Assembly (NCBI GenBank): GCA_051532035.1
Contig: JAOPTW010000061.1
Span: 1 to 10,540, forward strand
From: Fibrobacterales bacterium
Lineage (GTDB): Bacteria > Fibrobacterota > Fibrobacteria > Fibrobacterales > JAOPTW01
DNA length: 10,540 nucleotides
Reading direction: 5' to 3'
Each line of letters starts with the position of its first letter. Position 1 is the stretch's first letter. Position numbers and translations under genes: made by a program. The notes under the pieces were generated by a model. That model searched no databases, was not told the DNA's origin, and was given only the letters and a program-made list of their open reading frames with translations. Positions 1-5,963 of the stretch are shown here, in pieces.

Positions 1-8
1 TAGGCAAG

Positions 9-33
9 GTGTCTCAAATGAGCGGCCACTATA
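9..33. mobile_element. Probable terminal inverted repeat of an IS3-family insertion sequence; the rest of the element would lie left of the window
   Basis: GTGTCTCAAATGAGCGGCCACTATA (reverse complement TATAGTGGCCGCTCATTTGAGACAC) resembles, from memory, IS3-family ends of the TGTAGTGG-N10-(A/G)GACAC type, but with TA instead of TG at the tip. Its last two bases form part of the in-frame TAA (32-34) that bounds the downstream reading frame. No transposase or partner IR lies in the window. Confidence 0.5.
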
Positions 34-34
34 A

Positions 35-943
35 GATACCACACCAGAAATACTTTCTAGTAGTGATACTGTTGTAGATTATTACAGGGAAGAACTTGGT
101 GATACGATACAATCATCTTCAGAGAGTACCAGAGTATCTTCGGAAGCGAAAGAGTCAGCGAGTTCTTCAGTGGGCACCCCTCTCTCATCCACTATATTTA
201 TCAAAGAATCAAGTGGCGGTAGCCTATCTCCGTTTTCCAGTGAGTTCAGTGAGTTATTTGAGTCAAGTCAGATCAGTGAGTCAAGTGAGGAGAGTGGGAC
301 GAGTGGAGATTTTGGAAAAATTGAGTATTCATTTACCATTACAAATATTACTGATTCAACTATTGACCGAAAATTAGAGATGAACTATTGCGAGGATGGT
401 CAGTTACAATCACTGGACCAATCTGGATCCAAGCAATATAGATTGCGGAATGATACACTACTATTAGAACAAACACCCTGTGTCTATTTAGTATATGTTG
501 AAAACACATCCACTACTCTCTATGGGAGGTGGTTGTTTGCTGGTTATACTGAAGGGCCCGAGTATGCCGAGCACAGGTATTGTTCCGAAGATCTCGATAC
601 AGCACAAGCCGACATAGACTTTGACGAGTTTTCTGTATATATCACCATTGATGAGACAACAATTACCAAAAGTGCATATATACAAAAGGATTGTTATTTG
701 GAATGGTCAAATCCTCAAGAATATTGGGATTACTCTTGTAATAGTGCATCCTATAGTAATGGACCATGGGAATATACACAAGAAGTGTCTTATCCTAAGA
801 ATCAAGTTAAACGATCTGCATCGGATAATACTAATGCATGCCTTACAGCCTTTGACATTCCACTAACACAAACAAGTTGTATGCTTCTACAATATTTTGA
901 AGATTGTCTAGATACTCATTCTATAGACACGCCTGTGTGGTAG
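35..943 (+). pseudogene. 5'-truncated gene for an acidic exported protein or lipoprotein: Ser-rich linker plus ~210-aa domain with 8 Cys
   Basis: The frame of ORF 170..943 is open upstream to position 35 (DTTPEILSSSDTVVDYYREELGDTIQSSSESTRVSSEAKESASSSVGTPLSS...). There is no ATG until 380 and no signal peptide, and the frame is bounded by TAA at 32-34. The Ser/Glu-rich linker resembles the one after the lipobox in the CotH lipoprotein of this window. The GTG at 170 lies inside the linker. Confidence 0.65.
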
Positions 944-990
944 AATTTTTGCGGATAGAGCATATGAATTGTAATCACCCCTAATTTCAA

Positions 991-1430
991 CAGTTCAAAT
1001 AGCCAGAGACTTCAACTGATATCAACATTGCTTTTCAGGGAGTACTACAAAAGCATCCGAGATAGTGTGTCCGAACATTTTTACTCAGGTGCGGGGCACG
1101 TTTTACAGTATGCAGCGCATTCGAAAGGATCAAATACAGCTTGATGATGTACAGACACATTACAACCGCGCCCTTGCATAGCGACACCATACAAAGAAGT
1201 ACAGACTAGCCCGTACACAACTGAAAGGTTAAAGCTACACCATGTGCATGATGACATTTTATACTCAGTAACGGAGAAACCAATCCACTCATAATAGGTA
1301 CAGATCAGCGTAACCTGTACCAGATGTACAAAGCATTTGTAATGTTGCTCTCTGCAAAGAGTGGTTTTTATCCAACCTTTTTGACATCAAAAAGGCTTGG
1401 TCGGGTCCAGCGCCGACGCGCTGGGAACTC
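991..1430 (-). ncRNA. Candidate structured non-coding RNA or hairpin-rich non-autonomous element (unassigned)
   Basis: Near-contiguous stem-loops at about 991-1018, 1029-1055, 1054-1077, 1089-1099, 1116-1138, 1144-1190, 1199-1216, 1238-1253, 1270-1289, 1297-1321, 1327-1341, 1348-1361, 1372-1400 and 1407-1424. Most imperfect pairs are G·U on the minus strand and A·C mismatches on the plus strand. No known RNA family was recognised. Confidence 0.4.
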
Positions 1431-1524
1431 TATAAAAAGGAAAAAGATGAAAACAAAGAAAAAAAATAAGAATAAATGAGAAGATAAATAGAAATGGAAA
1501 TCGAACTATTGATAAGAACATTGA
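1431..1524. repeat. A-rich low-complexity tract with degenerate hexamer periodicity
   Basis: 1431-1500 has 48 A and a single C in 70 nt. From 1465 it reads aataag aataaa tgagaa gataaa tagaaa tggaaa tcgaac tattga taagaa cattga. Confidence 0.6.
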
Positions 1525-1539
1525 GCAGATAACTTCTTA

Positions 1540-1557
1540 AAGGGGCGTTAGCCCCTC
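1540..1557 (-). terminator. GC-rich hairpin just after the radical SAM stop codon; probable terminator or REP-like hairpin
   Basis: Minus strand GAGGGGC-TAAC-GCCCCTT starts 3 nt after the TAG. The U-tract is short (TTTAA), so termination strength is uncertain. Confidence 0.55.
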
Positions 1558-1560
1558 AAT

Positions 1561-3192
1561 CTAAGAACTAAACGTCCTCCGACCCGTCGCAACCTCCCCA
1601 AAACCCTTTTTCTTCCACTGCTTATGTCTCATTTTGCAGAGGTACGGCGATAAAACCTCTAATCCGAGCTTCTTAATAATTGCAGGGGTGGCAGTACAGA
1701 AATGTTTGCACTGTTCTTTCTGAATATGCGCAAGAAATGCATCCATATCTCCATCTGCCTCCTTGAGCGCATCAGTTACATATCCGAGGTAGTCATAGGG
1801 CCCAGAATCACAGCGACCATGAGAGTTGTAGAAATCCAAAAAACACGAGCGCTTTGAATCAACGCCATATTTGTCCGGGTTCTCAAACAATGGAGCACCG
1901 GGTTCAATTTGCACAGGCAAACAGAAAATACCATCAATAATTTTGCCAAACCGTTTTTTTAGATCTTTGCTTAACGCTACAGTTTCTTGTATGTCAGAAG
2001 CACTCTCACCGGGAATTCCCGCAGTAAAATAGAGTATGGTTGAAACATTACATTCAAGTAACGTTTCCATAGTTTTGTACAACGCTTCATTACTATAGTA
2101 AAATGATTTATTCTCTCTGCGCACTTTTTCGGAACCCGTTTCAGGTGAAAGCGCTATTAACGAACGGCTACCTTGTGTATTCTCTTTGAAAGAGCGAATG
2201 AATGCTTCAGAAGGGAGTCCCCAGCACTCAAAGGTTACGCCACACGTTATACCATTATCCCCAATGGCTTTGAGCCATTCAAGGTTCCAACGATCATCCT
2301 CAGGAGTCGGTTCAAAACAGGTTATAAAACCGGTATAGCCATGACCGACAGCACTTTTCATTGTTTCGATGACTGAATCGACACTCCGCACACTAAAATC
2401 GGGACGATTACAAATACTCTTCTGGGCATCGCTTCCTCCCCCACAAAAAGTACAATTTGCAGGGCACCCTCTTCCGAGTGCTAAGGGGAACAATGACTCA
2501 GCTCCCAAGCGCATTTTTAAATTTTGAGAAACTGTTTCGTGGTTCATCCAAAACATAGGCATTCTATAATATTCTCTATACTTTTGCGCATTATCTAACA
2601 AAGAGAGGTTTGCATAATCTAAGGCACTGAGTGCCTCTGCATCGGCAACATAGGTTGTGCCATTGTGTACCACTTCACCCGATGGCTTACGCCAGACACA
2701 ATTCTTAACCTGTTCAAAATTCTTATTTTCTGTTAACGCTGTTTGGGCAAAGGGTACAATGCCTCCTTCGGCGTCTCCGGTAATCACTGCATCGATATAC
2801 TCAAACTCACGGAGTATCTCTTCGGCAAACCGACTGGCTGTCAAGCCGCCCAGTACAATAACCGTATCAGGGTTTTTGATCTTTATTTTTTGAGCCACAT
2901 CAATAACATCAAATGATTGATAGTGCCAGTGGAGAGAGAGCCCTACTACGGGAACCTTGTGGTCCTTCACCCAGTTGCCAATAGAAAAGGATTCATCTAA
3001 AATTGTTTCGAGCCCCAGATGCTTAATACGAGACCGAACAGCGTGACGATTTAAAAGGTCACAGATTGCAAAGACACCCATGGGTATATAATTGATGAAG
3101 GTGAATTCATCTAAGGGCTTGTAATAATTACTTGGCTTGGGAACATGAACAAATAAAAAATCCAACGACTGATCAGCAACAGAACTTTGCAT
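1561..3192 (-). CDS. Cobalamin (B12)-binding domain radical SAM protein, class B radical SAM methyltransferase-like, 543 aa
   Basis: N-terminal B12-binding Rossmann motifs (PMGVFAI, VVGLSLHW, VIVLGGLTAS, IDAVITGDAEG). CX3CX2C motif in GRGCPANCTFCGG. SPETGSEKVR and YFTAGIPGES motifs typical of this class. Strong RBS AAGGAG 5 nt before the ATG. Confidence 0.93.
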   Translation of the reverse strand: MQSSVADQSLDFLFVHVPKPSNYYKPLDEFTFINYIPMGVFAICDLLNRHAVRSRIKHLGLETILDESFSIGNWVKDHKVPVVGLSLHWHYQSFDVIDVAQKIKIKNPDTVIVLGGLTASRFAEEILREFEYIDAVITGDAEGGIVPFAQTALTENKNFEQVKNCVWRKPSGEVVHNGTTYVADAEALSALDYANLSLLDNAQKYREYYRMPMFWMNHETVSQNLKMRLGAESLFPLALGRGCPANCTFCGGGSDAQKSICNRPDFSVRSVDSVIETMKSAVGHGYTGFITCFEPTPEDDRWNLEWLKAIGDNGITCGVTFECWGLPSEAFIRSFKENTQGSRSLIALSPETGSEKVRRENKSFYYSNEALYKTMETLLECNVSTILYFTAGIPGESASDIQETVALSKDLKKRFGKIIDGIFCLPVQIEPGAPLFENPDKYGVDSKRSCFLDFYNSHGRCDSGPYDYLGYVTDALKEADGDMDAFLAHIQKEQCKHFCTATPAIIKKLGLEVLSPYLCKMRHKQWKKKGFGEVATGRRTFSS

Positions 3193-3222
3193 CTATACTC
3201 CTTTATAGTATATTGTGGCATC

Positions 3223-3239
3223 CTTTCATGTTATGAAAG
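3223..3239. promoter_or_regulatory. Perfect inverted repeat upstream of the radical SAM gene (operator or 5'-UTR hairpin)
   Basis: CTTTCAT-GTT-ATGAAAG, about 20 nt upstream of the RBS. Confidence 0.35.
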
Positions 3240-3382
3240 CGAAACCCGATTACCCAAATTAATATAAATCAGAAATATTTCAATCTCGTTCTATCCAAAT
3301 CAATTTGAGTTCCTAAAGTTATTGATATAACCATTGAGAAAATGGTATGAGCAAAATGACTGTATCTTGTCTCACTTCTTTA

Positions 3383-3402
3383 CGTACACATACAAGTGTA
3401 CG
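3383..3402. promoter_or_regulatory. Perfect 7-6-7 inverted repeat in a divergent intergenic region (candidate transcription-factor site)
   Basis: CGTACAC-ATACAA-GTGTACG, about 100 nt upstream of the ATG at 3501. Confidence 0.35.
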
Positions 3403-3500
3403 CTATTACGTATCTTCTCTACCTATACACTGAGAACTCTTTAATAGATACCTATCTTTACTATCCCGACATGTGACAGAACCTATGAAGTGACTTACCT

Positions 3501-5909
3501 ATGTTCCCTAGATTATTACTAATACTCCTCTGTTTTCACAGTATATTGACAGCACAAACCCTCATTACCACTATTACCATCAATGAGGTTTCTGGTACGA
3601 GCACCTCCCATTACCCCATAACTATGGGCCTCCCTTTGATACAAGGAGATGCACGCGATGCAGTCACCGCGTATATCAATGGTTCTCCTGTTCAAACACA
3701 GACCGATATTAAAGTCACCTATACTGATGGGTCTATTCGTCATTGTATTATCAGTTTTATTGTCCCAGAACTACAAGCCAATAGCAGTGTCTCAGTTCAA
3801 TTATATAGTGGAGGCACCAACGCCAATACCCACTCTTTAAAAAAAGGAGACCTTTTAGAAGGTGATTTCGAAGCCTTAGTAACCTTTGATATTTATCCAG
3901 ATTCGACAATGGCTCAATCGTCGTTAACCGCTTCTACCTCTGGGAGAGCCATACTCGAAAAATCATCAGAAATTGAGAAATGGCTCGAAGGCGAAGTCGT
4001 GACTGAGTTTCTTATTCATGATGCATCTCTTAACCCGCACAGCAGTCTCAATATTCAATATCAGGTAAGAAAATACCCAGGCTGGAATGGCACAAGAGTA
4101 TCCGTAGTGACTGAAAACGCTTGGCATGACACACGGGGCACGATCTATTATGATGTGGACTTACAATTTGGCCATTCCAACCCCGCTCAGACATTTTCTA
4201 AAGAGAAGGTCAAGCATTATCATGACTCCCGGTGGAGGCGCGTTTTTTGGATTGGTGACGAGCCCCCTCGAAGTAGTGTACAATACGATTTAGACTATTT
4301 AATAAGAACGGGATATATTCCCCCATATGATACCGCACTGGGAGTAGCAGAGCAAAGCATTGATAAGATATATACCTCGTGGGAAAATGAAACCCATTGG
4401 CAAAAAGGTACCAAAGAGATTATGAGCTGGGGATTAATCTCTCCGGTAATGGGTATGGCAGGCGGAAGAGCCGATTTAGGTGTATTACCTGGGTGGGCAG
4501 TTGTCTATCTTCAATCAATGGATTGGCGTGCAGAAGAAGTCGTCCTTCGGCTGGGAGAGCAAGCAGGGAGCTTCCCCGCTCATATACGGAATAGAGCAAC
4601 GGGACACATAGCAACTATTGACGACTTCCCAAAGAAAAACCCCTACAACTGGGCAGGGGGAGATTATTTATATGGGTTTGAACAGGGTGATATGAATAAT
4701 CCTATGACACTCGATAATTCTCATAAACCATCGTTGTCATTAATCCCCTACCTCATAACGGGAGATTACTTCTATATGGAAGAACAGATGTTCTGGGGTA
4801 ACTCATCTCTGCTTTTATACCACTATGTCTATACGAGAGAAAATGAAAAAGGGATTGTTAAAGGTTCAGAAAGAGCGGCAGCGTGGGGGCTTCGCAGTAT
4901 GGTTGAATCTGCAGTGATTGCACCTGACAATTCAATAGAGCAATCCTATTTTAATGAAAAAGTCAATAACACTATACATCATAATGTTACACACTTGGAT
5001 ACCGCATATAAAAACAACCCCTTCGGTTATTTCACCCTAAATGGTCAACACCGTGAACCAGATTTCCCCAACAGTCCTCTGCCCTATGACACAATACAAC
5101 ATGGCTGTAGCCCTTGGATGAACAATTACTACATCGCTACCCTCGATCAAATGGTGCGCCTCGGCTTTAATGAGATGGCCAGTGTAAGAGATCATATGCT
5201 CAAATTCCCTGTTGGTACTCTATCGAACCATCCACAGTTTAACAAATATGATGCAAATGCCTATAGAATTCTACAAACGATCAAATGTGATGATTGTCTT
5301 GATATGGGTTACATTCTACCCACAAACTGGTCTGAACTCTACAGCTGGAATTTTGATGGAAGAACAGAGTCTTCCCCTTCACAATGGCCAGCCCCAAAAG
5401 GTGGACATGATTATTTAACTATTCTTCACTATGTTATGACGATTGCAGCTCGGGTAAATATAGAAGGTGCAAAGGAAGCCTATGATGAATTACACGTGCA
5501 TATGCTCTCAACAGGCACTGACATATTCAGGACAACAGAAAGCCCTCAATGGTATCTTGCCGTTAATGACACCAAAGAAAATAGCGTCCAACATAAGGAT
5601 AGTATTCCACCTACCATCACCGACCTCAATAATACTGTTTTGAAACATTCTTATTTCTCTATACAGACGTCAACACAAGGCACTACTATTCGAGTTAATG
5701 TGAATGCAAATTTTCAAGAGAAGATCAGTTCACCCATCGAGTTTTCACTCTACACCTTAAATGGAGTTCGCCTGAAGGGGCAGACACAGTCACCTCTTTC
5801 TAAAAAAATGAGGTCTTGGGCGGTTAAGGCAAATGCTCAGGGTTTTTACGTTGTAAAAGTTAAAATTGGAACCAACAGTCAATATGACCTAATTTCAGTG
5901 ATACAATAA
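3501..5909 (+). CDS. Secreted 802-aa protein with a YetA/PcRGLX (PL26-related)-like N-terminal beta domain, a probable alpha-helical core and a T9SS-like C-terminal sorting domain; putative polysaccharide-active enzyme
   Basis: Signal peptide MFPRLLLILLCFHSILTA|Q. The N-terminal pattern PITMGLPLIQGD...QTQTDIKVTYTDGSIRHCIISF resembles the YetA/PcRGLX N-terminal domain. Aromatic-rich core (GGRADLGVLPGW, HKPSLSLIPYLITGDYFYMEE, ERAAAWGLR). C-terminus FSLYTLNGVRL...QGFYVVKVKIG...ISVIQ matches the YxxxG...GxYxV pattern of T9SS type A CTDs. The ORF is secure; the function is inferred. Confidence 0.75.
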   Translation: MFPRLLLILLCFHSILTAQTLITTITINEVSGTSTSHYPITMGLPLIQGDARDAVTAYINGSPVQTQTDIKVTYTDGSIRHCIISFIVPELQANSSVSVQLYSGGTNANTHSLKKGDLLEGDFEALVTFDIYPDSTMAQSSLTASTSGRAILEKSSEIEKWLEGEVVTEFLIHDASLNPHSSLNIQYQVRKYPGWNGTRVSVVTENAWHDTRGTIYYDVDLQFGHSNPAQTFSKEKVKHYHDSRWRRVFWIGDEPPRSSVQYDLDYLIRTGYIPPYDTALGVAEQSIDKIYTSWENETHWQKGTKEIMSWGLISPVMGMAGGRADLGVLPGWAVVYLQSMDWRAEEVVLRLGEQAGSFPAHIRNRATGHIATIDDFPKKNPYNWAGGDYLYGFEQGDMNNPMTLDNSHKPSLSLIPYLITGDYFYMEEQMFWGNSSLLLYHYVYTRENEKGIVKGSERAAAWGLRSMVESAVIAPDNSIEQSYFNEKVNNTIHHNVTHLDTAYKNNPFGYFTLNGQHREPDFPNSPLPYDTIQHGCSPWMNNYYIATLDQMVRLGFNEMASVRDHMLKFPVGTLSNHPQFNKYDANAYRILQTIKCDDCLDMGYILPTNWSELYSWNFDGRTESSPSQWPAPKGGHDYLTILHYVMTIAARVNIEGAKEAYDELHVHMLSTGTDIFRTTESPQWYLAVNDTKENSVQHKDSIPPTITDLNNTVLKHSYFSIQTSTQGTTIRVNVNANFQEKISSPIEFSLYTLNGVRLKGQTQSPLSKKMRSWAVKANAQGFYVVKVKIGTNSQYDLISVIQ

Positions 5910-5938
5910 TTTGGTTGTTACCCATATCGGAAAACAAT

Positions 5939-5954
5939 GACCTTAACTAAGGTC
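5939..5954. terminator. Hairpin between convergent genes (possible weak bidirectional terminator)
   Basis: GACCTT-AACT-AAGGTC in the 54-nt gap between the stops at 5909 and 5964. There is no clear U-tract on either side. Confidence 0.3.
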
Positions 5955-5963
5955 CCTCATTAT

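Noticed and set aside
16..26. 11-bp inverted match AAATGAGCGGC (16-26) with GCCGCTCATTT (8047-8057), suggesting composite element ends
   Set aside because: Several 11-bp matches are expected by chance in 10 kb, the match does not include the IR tip, and the second copy is a promoter spacer.
1..33. IS630-type end (…CTATA with TA target duplication)
   Set aside because: If the TA were target DNA, the original gene would already have had an in-frame TAA. The internal GTGTC…CCACTA pattern fits IS3-family ends better, although this is not proven.
18..77. Frame-3 mini-ORF MSGHYKIPHQKYFLVVILL* as a frameshifted signal peptide for the 35-943 gene
   Set aside because: It has no lipobox or cleavage site, its ATG lies inside the IS-like IR, and the overlapping frame 2 already reads as natural linker sequence.
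1527..1553. GGGGCGTTAGCC resembles the R' end of an integron attC site
   Set aside because: No complementary RYYYAAC box at attC-like distance (about 55-140 nt) on either strand, and no cassette array or integrase. It is explained by a simple local hairpin.
944..1560. CRISPR array, tRNA, tmRNA, RNase P RNA or transposase remnant in the long intergenic region
   Set aside because: No regularly spaced direct repeats, cloverleaf, GAGGAAAGTCC motif or tmRNA ends were seen, and the frames I translated (three plus-strand, one minus-strand) gave no recognisable protein motif.
3324..3360. AACCATT-GAGA-AAATGG...GCAAAA loosely resembles the GNRA stem of a c-di-GMP-I riboswitch
   Set aside because: The GGCAAA and GACGCAAAG consensus segments and the second stem with a tetraloop receptor are missing.
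3193..3500. Possible cobalamin or SAM riboswitch upstream of the B12 radical SAM gene
   Set aside because: No B12-box or S-box consensus was recognised. The region is AT-rich with only short isolated palindromes.
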